Assembly: GCA_051313645.2 (NCBI GenBank)
Contig: JBNRSN020000004.1
Coordinates: 162,192,001-162,256,000, forward strand
Direction: 5' to 3'
DNA length: 64,000 nt
From: Centroscyllium fabricii
Lineage: Eukaryota
Shown here in pieces: positions 1-11,800 of the stretch; the first letter of the stretch is position 1; each line of letters starts with the position of its first letter. The translations under genes were made by a program, and so were the position numbers. A model generated the notes under the pieces. That model was not told the origin of the DNA, searched no databases, and worked only from the letters and a program-made list of their open reading frames with translations.

Positions 1-1532
1 GGGAGCTGAAGGGCCTTGCCCATCAGCACAGGAAATTCCCGTTCATGGGAATCACCCGTGCTGCACCCCCACGAGGCATTTCTGACCCCCCTTCGTGGGG
101 GTGCAGCTCCTCTGGAGCACAGGAAAACAGGGCCCATCTAGAGAAAATAAATTACCGTTATGTTCTGAATAATTGAAAGTAATTTCTACATACTAGAGCT
201 GGGCATTCAGATAATTTTTACCTGCAAATTGAGAGCCTCACGCAGCCCCTCACTAAGATAGGAATTAGTCTGAGTCCCCAGACCAAAACTGAGATGAGGG
301 AGAAAATATTTCTGAATCACCAGAATTTAGAAATTAGTCCTATCACAATGATATTTTATTGTAATAAACTACATATTTCAAAGAATTAATTAGTTGCCAA
401 GACACCGCAGAGTTTTGGCTTGGAGATAGTTGCATACGGCTTCTGCAACTTCTTGAGTGTCCTTTTCACTTTAGTGCCAAAGCCTGCCCTGGAGCTTAAG
501 GCAGGGTCCAGATGATTCACAATAAGATAGTTTGAAAGTATTACCAACGCTCACATCATTTTCCCCTTCTGTGATTGATGCTACTGTTGGCAAGCATCTG
601 ACTCCTTAGAATCTGATTATATACTTGCCATGATGGTCAGAATAAACAGCTTTGACCGTTGAATGCTAATGGAGTCCTATCCTTTGTGCAACAATTCTCC
701 TGCTGTAGCTTTGTAGTTCTGGATGTTTCAAAATCAAGGCCAATCTCATCCATTACTTCAAAAGGCAATGCAGGTTGCATGTTCTTTGGGCAGCCAACAA
801 CAACTGCCAACAAGTAAATGTAGTTCTTTTAATTCTTATCCACTTAAACAAATAATGTCACAGATACGCAATTGTGCACTAAATAACAATGCAATGTGTT
901 TTGTAATGTAATATAATATTACTAATATCGATTACTAAAATGCACAACATTAAGGATGAGAAAATCCCGGATTCAGTGTCTAATCATATGTACTAGGTGC
1001 CGAAAGGGGACCGACATTAGTAGGTTTCTATGTATTTAGCGCCTTCTCAGAATTGGGCCAGATAAGCCCTCCATAGCCATCCTGACTACATTTGCCATCA
1101 GGCCTGTTCATTCGGGTGAAAGTTTGCTTATTGTTACACATTATAAAACAACATTAGCTTTCTGATATTTCATGATGAACAATAAAAAAACTATCCACTT
1201 AATGAATAATTAATTATTTAACTTTAAGCTTTTATTTTTGCCATATTTGTCCCTGTTTCTGAGGCAGTCTTCCCTCATGTTACTCCGACCAAGAGGACAG
1301 CTAGCCACCTGCTCCCAGTTCCTGTCAATGCCATTCTGTAACCAGTATAATATGAGTACTTGATGGATTCAAGTCAAATTTCCCATTGTGGGGGAACAAC
1401 CTTAGTTCCTCTCTGCATCTCTGCATATGGATCTGGGAGAGGTCAGAAATGACCCTGTGGCTAATCTGAGCCCTATCTGTCCAGAGTATAGTTTTAACAA
1501 TCTAACCCATTCTGCCTCCAAAAAGATAAATA

Positions 1533-2495
1533 CAGGTTGAGCACCGTTAATCGGGCAACCGAAAAGCCGGCAACTTCAGTTGTCCGCACAAATCGCCCTG
1601 ACTGTCCTGCGCATGCGCAAAATGGCCGCCGCGATCGAGGCTTTGGCGAATGATCTGCGCATGTGCCGCTGAACGGCAAGCGCATGCGCAGATCATTCGC
1701 TGAAGCCTCGATCATGGCGGCCATTTTGCACATGCGCAGGACAGTTGGGGCGAGCAGACAGACAGGAGAGGACAGGCGAGAGAGCAGCAGAGCCCACTCC
1801 AGCCTTTGATCCCGGCACATTCACACTCACCATCCCGATGGCTTCAGGAGACGCCGACCCCATGGAAGGCAGCAGCGACTTGGACTCGGGAGGCCGAGAG
1901 TTCCGGCGCCTCGGAGTCGCTGGGAGACGAGGAGGAGAAGGAGGAGGCCTTCTCCGACCTGTCAGATGAGGAGCAGATGCCCCACATCGGTGTTTACCGC
2001 GCGCCCTCAACTGCGCTTGAAACGGAGACAGGTCCCGCCTGGCTGGCCTTGATTGGGTGGTGGCGGGGGGGCAGGAGGCTTGTGATTGGTGGAATGGCCT
2101 GTCAATCCCGTAGCTGGCGGGGAGAGGAAACTTGTGATTGGTGAAGCAGCCTGTCAATAATGCAGCTAGGGTGATAGGAGGCTTGTGATTGGTGGAGCAG
2201 CCTGTCAATCCGGCAGCTTAGGGTGATAGGAGGTTTTTGATTGGTGGAGCAGCCTGTCAATCCCGTGGCTGGGGGAGGTGGGGGGACAGGAGGCTTACGA
2301 TTGGTGAACCAGCCTGTTAATCCTGTAGCAAGGAGAGGGAGGCAATTTTGATTTTGTGATTGCAATATCATGCGCATGCGCGTGGCCATTTTGAATGGTG
2401 CGCGCACGCACTGGCCAGCTTCATTCTTCCGTTTTTTTTCGCAAAACCAGCCCGGGCCTAGTCCCACCTGTGCCGGTATAACGGTGCTCAACCTG
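1533..2495. mobile_element. Tc1/mariner (Tigger/pogo-like) MITE with internal cargo
   Basis: TIR CAGGTTGAGCACCG...CGGTGCTCAACCTG; TA on the left, TG (mutated TA) on the right; internal palindromes. Confidence 0.8.
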
Positions 2496-2751
2496 TGCAA
2501 CTGTTACTTGATCTGGAGGGCCAAGTATGCATTGACTCGAACAGGTTTCTGTGAATGATGTTATCATTTTGGCGCACTACTGAAAATCCATTCACCATTG
2601 AATATTAAACAATTTGGAAGTGTCATATTTTAGCAGGTATAGAAAAGTAGAGCATGTCTCACATACGTAAATAGTAATAGTATAAATTTAGGTGCAAAAC
2701 CTCTTTAATTAACATTGTATTAGTACTAATCATTTACTTTTCTCTTAACAG

Positions 2752-2805
2752 GGCTCAAATGGCAAAGCTGGCAAAACTGGTGACCGTGGATTTGTTGGAC
2801 CTCAG
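2752..2805 (+). CDS. COL1A2: collagen exon 10 (54 bp) [18 protein letters not shown]
   Basis: ttaacag|GGC...CAG|gtaaga; 6 Gly-X-Y. Confidence 0.93.
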
Positions 2806-5800
2806 GTAAGAGATAATGCAGCATGAGGTTTAAATAATTTAATAATAACATCTGGTTTTGTACTGTCTGACTTGAAGACAGTGATACTTCTGTTGAATGC
2901 AAATGTTTATTTTATACTTTCTTTACCAAACAGCCATAACAACAATGCCAAATCTTTCCACTTTGATGATTTAGTTGTATTTCCGCTTCCTCTTCATAGG
3001 GTGCTCGTGGTTTCCCAGGAACTTCTGGTCTATCTGGCAGGAAAGGACACCGAGTGAGTTAGACATTTTATTTTTGATGCTTTTTATATCTTTGTTCTAC
3101 TGCAGTAAATAATTAGTGCTACTTAACTGATATTTTATAATACCTTCCATTCCCTTACAGGGTTACAATGGTTTGGATGGAGTTAAGGGAGAGCCAGGTA
3201 TCGGCGGTATGAAGGTAAGACATGCAGCCATAATCAAGTTACAGTATGCTGAGCTGTTAAGCATGAGTTCGGGAATATGCTATTTATATAGTAAACAAAG
3301 GAATATTCTTTGGCCTAGAAATTCGGTAGCATCCATTTTTGGGCACCTTACTTGCAGAGTGCTAACAGCCTGCACTCAAATGGGAAAGTCCGAGGAGCCC
3401 AGGATTTTGGGCCTCGGACCTCATTATCATGTAAATGGCACAGTGATAGGAGCCCACACATGTTCGTGCGCCAGTCTTCAGGTAAGTAATTGGGTAAGGT
3501 TCCGGTTCCGGCTGCAACGGCCGCCATGGAGGGGGCCTCCTCCTCGAGGTAAAGTTTAATCGGCCGCCATCCATCCATGAGGAACGCCAGGAGGAGCACG
3601 ACGTGGACGGTAGGATGAGGGAAGATGGCCCAGAGCGAGCAGGGGAGCAGGGAGCCCGGAGGACTCAGGGAGGGGAGAGAGATGCGTGGGCCCGGGCTGT
3701 GGAGAGAGATGCGTGGGCCCGGGCTGTGGAGAGAGATGCGTGGGCCCGGGCTGTGGAGAGAGATGCGTGGACCCGGGCTGTGGAGAGAGATGCGTGGGCC
3801 CGGGCTGTGGAGAGAGATGCATGGGCCCGGGTAACCCGGGTAACTAGGGGAAGCATCGAAAGAGCTACTGGGAAACATCGAGAGTGGAGCTACTGGGAAA
3901 CATCAAGAGTGGAGCTACTAGGAAACATCGAGTGTGGAGCTACAGGGAAAACATCGGCATGGCGTCGGATCAGGGTAGGCCCAGGTCTTCGTACGCGGCA
4001 AGAAGGTCGGCGAGTGAAACAACAGAAAGGACTTTAAGAACTTTAAGAACTTGCGTGCAGGAGAGGCCGGAGCGATACAAGAACGGGACTTGTGATTGAT
4101 GGCACTGGTGAGGTGGCTGCCGTCTCACGGGCTCCGGGTGTGTCGGGCAGCATAGTGTTCTTTGTTGCACGGTGCGTTCGAACTGTGAAAAAAGCATTTC
4201 ACTGTCTAGATTACACTTGTATTTAGTACATGTGACAAATAAAATTGAAATTGAAATTGAAAGATTGCAGGGATCTGGAGGAGGATTGGTTGGGCCGCGT
4301 ATTTGGGATCGAGTGTGATCAGAGAGCTGTCAGGGTTTGGGGAAGAAGATCGCAGGGGTCCGGAGTATTATTGGAGGGTTGAGAGTGCTTTGGTGGGGCG
4401 GAGGTGCTGGAGGGAGTGTTTGGAGTTTGGAGCCGGGGGGAGATCTAGGGGGCCTGGAGGTCAGAGATCATGGGATCAGGAGCAGCAGTGATTATGGTAA
4501 GTACTTATCTTTTTTTAATTCCATGCTATTTAGCGTTGGTTTTCCCGGAGACAATCGGCACTGGTGCTGGCTGCCTCAGACGCAAACCAAAGTTGCAAGA
4601 GGGGGCAGAAGCAGGCATTAGGACCCTTATTGGCATATGTGAATAGCCTGACGCCTGCTTCAGACTTGGGTAAAGCATGCCTCTTATTTGGCCTTTACCA
4701 AGATGGTGCCTGGTGCAGCCCACACCAGAATTGTGCGTGCACAGTGCGCATGCCATTTTGGACACAAAATGGCACCCATAGCATCGAAAAACCAGGTGAA
4801 TTTCTAGCCCTTTGTACCTACTGCTGATTTTCATTTTACAAGCAATATACTTAGATTTCATATCAGAAAATTGAACAGAAACCTTTAATATTTTGTGATT
4901 ATGTTCAGATGTAGAGAACTTCATATTCATATTTTTTTATGTAATTTATCCATTTTGGGTGAAATTTCTGCAATTTTGAATTTTAGTGAAAACTGAACAT
5001 GAGCACAAAACTGGAAATCCCATTTTGTACTCATGCTGGGGGAAGATTTCACTGGGAAATTAGAATGTACAGGACGAGAAAATACCATTGCAGTCCATTT
5101 AGGGGTTCCCAGTAAACTGAAATCATGCGCTCCCTTGCAAAGAGGAGGTTTAGAATTTTGTTACATTTTCCCCACAGTGGAAATCTTCCTGCACTGACCT
5201 TTATGCTAAAAATGTTGAAGGGAAGTAGTTCACTCCTTTTATGTCTTCACTTTGCCAAATTTTTCACTGCAGCCTATTTCCATGTCATAATACTGTCAAA
5301 TATATTTCTCTGTTACCGTATGTGTTTTCAATGGAAATCTAAACTCTTATCTCAGGTATTTTTTATTGTTTCTTTCTCCTAAATTTTTGAGATTCATTTT
5401 TTCAGTCCATTTTGTTTGCGATGCTATTGTACTGTGACCAACTAGCCTATCTAATGTCACAGCATCCTAGTAAGCAGCCACAGTGTTCCATTAAACGTGC
5501 ATTTCACCAAAATATGCTATAAATAATGAGAGTCAAAAGCAGCCACTTGCAGCTAACATCGTCACAGCAAGAGTTCACAAAGCACTTGGTTCAGCACCAT
5601 TGCTCTTTATTTTCAACGTTAGTCATAGAATTATGGAATTTATGGTTCCCAAGTGCAAAGCCATCCATGAGGTCTATACAAGACTGATTAGTGTCAACCT
5701 ATGGTCATACAAATGAAACAACAATAAATAATCATGATATTGCCATTATATGTTTCTCCCAGGAGTTGGAGCCTGGTTGGAGGATTTCACGAACAATGCA

Positions 5801-8800
5801 CATACAAAAGGAATAGTTAAACAGAATAAACTATTATGTGGCTATAACACTTGCAAAACAAATACAGCACCAAATGTGCTCAGAAACTGCTGAATTTGTT
5901 TTGTTATTCATCACAGTCATTAATTGATATGCCAAGTGTTCTATCTACAGACCATATGTAAAAAGTTACCATTTTATGAAGGCAATGACTAATTTTTTGG
6001 CAAAAAAATCACATTTCAGCTACATAGCCATGCATATCCCAGTGCAGAAATTAGAAACAGATTTATAATTTGAGGCCAATAATTGTTTCCATGGCAGAAC
6101 ACAAGAGAAATTATACAAATCAACTGTTGGCTGCCTCATCATATCTTTAAGGAAAGGAAAGCTGCTTTAGGTTTTTGAAACTGCAGTGAACAGTCAAATG
6201 ACAGAATTCCTCGCAACATGCCTGGTGGGTGAGACTAGGACTAGGGGGCATAATCTTAATCTTAAAATAAAGGGCTCCCATTTTAAAACTGAGATGAGGG
6301 GGAACTTCTTTACTCAGAGGGTGGTGCAGCTGTGGAATTTGCTGCCACAGAGAGCTGTTAAAACTGAGATAGACAGTTTCCTGGAATTAAAGGGAATTAG
6401 GGGTTATGGTGAACGGGCTGGTAAGTGGACGTGAGGCTAGGTTGAGATCGGCCATGTCTGGTTTTTCACATCTCCCAGGTGATTACATTGGTTTGGGCGG
6501 GGTGGAGAGTAAAAATAAAATTGAGGTTAGGATCAGATCAACCATGATCTTATTGAATGGCGGAGCAGGCTCGAAGGGCCGATTGGCCTACTCCTGCTCC
6601 TACTTCTTATGTTCTTAAGTAGATTTTCAAGTTCATCATAAACCATCCAAAACAGTTCTACAACAGACATGCCAAATGTTGTTTCTGGGCACGTATGAGG
6701 TGTTTCATAACTCTCTGTATGTGATGATTTCTGCCAGATAACTAGATATTATACATATAGGCACATCCCACAAGAACCAAAACTGCTTCTTTTCTATTGT
6801 AAGCACACCTCAGACCAGTTACAAAGTTTGAGTATCATGATTCCATTGAACAGTCCCCAGAGAATGGAGCTGTGTCAAAGATCATGGCAGATAATATGGA
6901 TCTGGCATCATCTTTATACTGAATCGTATTTCTGACAGTCTGTAGAGACAAATGATCATTAAGACAACATCCAAAGAAACCTCTATAAACTTGCACTTTT
7001 CTCTGCTTTTGTTTGATAAGGACAATCCCCTTTTTCTCCCCCACCTTGAGTCTTCCTATCCCACCAACCCCAATAATGGCTGAGAGGGCAGATGATTGGT
7101 CTGCTTTCAGATCTCTGGCTTCCTCTAATAACCACTTAGTAGGAACAATTTGGGGAATGTATTTTAATTATGATCTTGAACGAGCCTTTTGAAATCAAAA
7201 CATGAGGTTTTGAAACTGCTTCCCATAACTTAGGAAGTCTGCAAGAGGTTTCCAGGAGGTCCCTGAAACCAACAGATTTTGGTTCATCTGTAATCAGATT
7301 TCATTATTTGTCAAAAGTAGCAGCATGTTATTTTTATTGTATAATCTAATAAAACATATTTTTTACAATGATAGCACTGTTTTTATAAGAACATAAGAAA
7401 TAGGAGCAGGAGTAGGCTGTTTGGCCCTTCAACACTGTTGTGCCATTCAATAAGATCATGGCTGATCTTCTACCTCATCTCCACTTTCCTGCACTATCCC
7501 CATATCCCTTGATTCCCTTAATATTCAAAAATCTATCGATTTCTGTCTTGAATATGCTGAACAACTGAGTCTCCACAGCCCTCTGGGGTAGAGAATTCCA
7601 AAGATTCACCACCCTCCGAGTGAAGAAATGTCTCCTCTTCTCAGTCTTGAATGTCCGACTCCTTATTCTGAGATTGTGACCCCTGGTTCTAGACTCCCCA
7701 ACCAGGGGAAACATCCTGCCTGCATCTACCCTGTCAAGCCCTGTAAGAATTGTGTATGTTTCAATGAGATCTCCTCTCATTCTTCTAAACTTTAGAGAAT
7801 ATAGGCCTAGTCTACTCAATCTCTCCTCATAGGACAATCCCCCCATCCCAGGAATCAGTCTGGTGAACTTTTGTTGCACTCCCTCTATGGCAAGCATATC
7901 CTTCCTTAGTTAAGGAGACCAACACTGTACACAGTACTCCAGGTGTGGTCTCACCAGGGCCCTATATAATTGCAGTAAGAAGTCTTTACTCTTATACTCA
8001 AATCTTCTTGTACTAAAGGCCAACATACCATTTGCTTTCCTAATTGCTTGCTGTACCTGCATGTTAACTTTCAGTGATTTGTGGACAAGGACATCTAGAT
8101 CCCTCTGAACACCAACATTTCCCAATCTCTCCCCATTTAAAAAATACTCTGCTTTGCTTTTTTCCCTACCAAAGTGGGTAACTGCACATTTCTCCACATT
8201 ATATTCCATTTGCCATGTTCTTGCCCACTCGCTTAGCTTGTCTATATCCCCTTGAAGCTTCTTTGCATCCTCCTCACAACTTACATTCCCACCCAGCTTT
8301 GTATCATCAGTAAACTTGGATATATTGCATTTGGTCCCCTCATCCAAATCATTAATATAGATTGTGAATAGCTGAGGCCCAAGCACTGATCCTTGTGGCT
8401 CCCCACTAGTTACAGCCTGCCAACCTGAAAATGACCCATTTATTCCTACTCTCTGTTTTCTGTCCATTAACCAATCCTCAGTCCATGCTAGTATATTATG
8501 CCCAATCCCATGAGCCCTAATTTTGTTTAATAACCTCATGTATGGCACCTTATCAAATGCCTTCTGAAAATCCAAATACATCACACCCACTGGTTCCCCA
8601 TTTATCTATTTTGCTAGTTACAACCTCAAAAAATTCTAACAGATTCGTCAAACGCGATTTCGCTTTCATAAATTCGTGTTAACTCTGCCCAATCCTATTA
8701 TTATTTTCTAAGTGTCCTGTTGCCACATCCTTAATAATAGATTGTTAGCATTTTTCCTACTACTGATGTCAGGCTAATTGGTCCCCGTTTTCTCTCTTAC

Positions 8801-11800
8801 TCCATTCTTAAATAGTGGGGTTACATTTGCTACCTTCCAATCCATGGGATGTGTTCTAGAATCTATGGAATTTTGGAAATGACAACCAATGCATCCACTA
8901 TCTCTATAGCCACCTCTTTCAAAACCCTAGGATATAAGCCATCCGGTCCAGGGGATTTATCGGCTTTCAGTCCCATTAATTTCTCCTGTACTATTTTTTT
9001 TTACCAATATAACTTCTGATGTCAGTTTTGCTTTGGGCAACTGACATCAGAAGTTGAGACAAAGCTCCAGGAACATGTCAGTAATTGCAAGTGTTCCTGG
9101 GGTGTGTGCTAGTATTTGCAGGGCTCCCTCACGCAGAAATGTTTGACAAACACTACATTACTTAGTAATCACTACAACAATTCAGCAGTCTTAATTATAA
9201 TTTATGCTTCTGGTATTATAAACATACTTAAAGCACTTGGTAAAGACGTTGCCACTTTATTGTATGCCTTTCCCATATGGGAGAAAACTGATCCTCCAGA
9301 GTTATCCATTGAGTATGATTAAGCTTTCCCATTTTCAGCTTTTATTTTTGGTCTTTATTTTGGCCATGTTTTTACACTTGGTTTTTCTTCACGTCTTTCT
9401 GGTGTTTATTATTGCTGTGTTGTTTCTAGTGCATCTATTGCTCCTTTGAGGTATAGGACTGTTAAACTGGTAACAGAGTTATCCACAATGCACTACCTTG
9501 ATGTGGGACAACCTACAGTTTTACATCTTCATATTTTGAAATTTAATTTAAATTTTGTTTACCTAGAAAAGTAATTACATTACAAGGCGATTATCTATCC
9601 TGACAATATTTGAAAAGTAATTGGCAATTCAAGTCCACAAGTTTGTGGTGCTCGTGATTAAGTAAAAATCAGAGCAAATATTTTAGCTTCACTTCTCGCA
9701 AGATTGGCTGTGTCCAGTTGCAACACCCGATGGATTGGCACCAATAATCCTCACACAAGTAGCGATTCTGGGCCAATAATCCTCACACAAGTAGCGATTC
9801 TGGGCCAATAATCCTCACACAAGTAGCGATTCTGGGCCAATAATCCTCACACAAGTAGCGATTCTGGGCCAATAATCCTCACACAAGTAGCGATTCTGGG
9901 CCAATAATCCTCACACAAGTATCGATTCTGGGCCAATAATCCTCACACAAGTAGCGATTCTGGGCCAATAATCCTCACACAAGTAGCGATTCTGGGCCAA
10001 TAATCCTCACACAAGTAGCGATTCTGGGCCAATAATCCTCACACAAGTAACGATTCTGGGCCAATAATCCTCACACAAGTAGCGATTCTGGGCCAATAAT
10101 CCTCACACAAGTAGCGATTCTGGGCCAATAATCCTCATACAAGTAGCGCAAGTATCGATTCTGGGCCAATAATCCTCACACAAGTATCGATTCTGTGTCG
10201 TAATTTTCTCTTTTAATTAATTTACAAGAATGTCAGAAACGTAATCCAGTGATGTTAAAAGTAAAAGAAAGCTTTTTGGGTTTATTTTGGTAAACATTTT
10301 TATCAGGCTTTATTCGTTTAACCCAGAGGTCTGGAGTAAAACTTGAAATAATTGCTACAGTATGTCATCAGAGTCAGGCCAGAAAAGCTCTCATCTCCAT
10401 CTTTAAGTTTTGTAAATATGGCGATATACACGGTATGGAAAGTAAAAGTAGTAAATTGCTTTCTAAATGCATATTAGAATTCTCTACTCTGTTATATCCT
10501 GCTGTTACCTGGCAGCAGACATAAATGGAATAATATCATTACCATTTAATGTCACCTTGTCAGCTGGTGAGCAAATGGTGTACAGTCCTACTCCTCTTAA
10601 TTCAAAGTTGTTTAATTCAAATTATCTGACAATTCCTTTTTTGTACTAAATTTACACTTTACTGTGCAATTTACATTGCTTCATTAAAATTATTAGCTAA
10701 TTCCAATTTTTTCCCATCAAAAAATTATATTAAATCTGCTGCTAAGCATGTGGAATACTTAGCAACCACTGTAAGCTATAAACAGAGCCTAAGTCATTCA
10801 TCACTGGTAGTGTTTCCACTGCTATGAGAACAGTGAGCATATACACTTCTCAATAGCTGGAAGAAAGCACTGAGCAAAACAAAGTTTTCTTGATTATGTT
10901 TGTTTCAAGCTGGCCAGTCAGTCATCAGGTGATGAAGTGTTTTACATGTCTTTTTGCACAAATTAAACAATAGGGTCTTTGTCATCAAGTAAGGTTAGAA
11001 TATATCACCTGTTCAAGTTTAATTGTTGCACATATTTTACTGTGTTATTAACATTGCAAAAAGTAACTAAGAAACTAAATATTGCTTTCATTTCTTTCCC
11101 AGGGTGAGACTGGTAACGCAGGATCAAATGGTAGCCCCGGACTCTTGGTATGTGTTCATTTATTCTAAATGTAAGAATAGTTTTAGTCACACACTGCGTA
11201 ATCGTTAAAGTCAGCTTTGTACAAAATGTCGTATATTAGGTTAACAAATAAGTGGCCTGAGCGAAAATAAACACACTTTTTTCCGTTTGCTATCAGGGTC
11301 TTCGTGGTGGTCCAGGTGAGCGAGGCCGTGGTGGAGGTGCTGGTCCATCTGTGAGTTTCAAGCTTCTAATACTTTCTCAATTTTACTTCTTAGTGCTCCC
11401 AGCATGGAGCCTTGCTTAACAAGAAGGAGATCAGACAATTGGGCTTGGTGGGCAGCGCACCGAATTCACAGCCCTCCCAATTTTTCAGTAATGAATTGGC
11501 GGATCTGCCTTCCCATTGAATGAGACCCTGTACTGAGGTCACTAATAATATTTTTGAACAAAATTAAATATATGCCATTAAAAATAGATCTTTAAGATGA
11601 TTTTTAAAATATTGCTTATGAATAAGTGTTTTGCCTCTTTGTAATGTTATATTATAATATTCCATTCTGGCATTTTGATGAAAGTGTTTATTTTAGTGTT
11701 TATTTTTATTATCAATTTGATGTCTATTGATGGTCTCTCTTGTAGCATTGAGCATTCTTAGGTTTTGGTAAGTTTATTAATACAAGTTTTGTGTTTCCTT

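Larger units (their letters stand above)
3312..4810. mobile_element. PIF/Harbinger-type MITE carrying a nested insertion
   Basis: TIR GGCCTAGAAATTC...GAATTTCTAGCCC with 3-bp TSD TTT. Confidence 0.6.

Noticed and set aside
3348-4037. Repetitive ORFs (LHSPGPRIS / ARAVERDAW repeats) as novel proteins
   Set aside because: They are translations of the 27-bp minisatellite, open in several frames on both strands.
9741-10195. CRISPR-like array (32-bp repeats)
   Set aside because: Repeats are head-to-tail with no unique spacers, there are no cas genes, and the context is a eukaryotic intron; it is a minisatellite.
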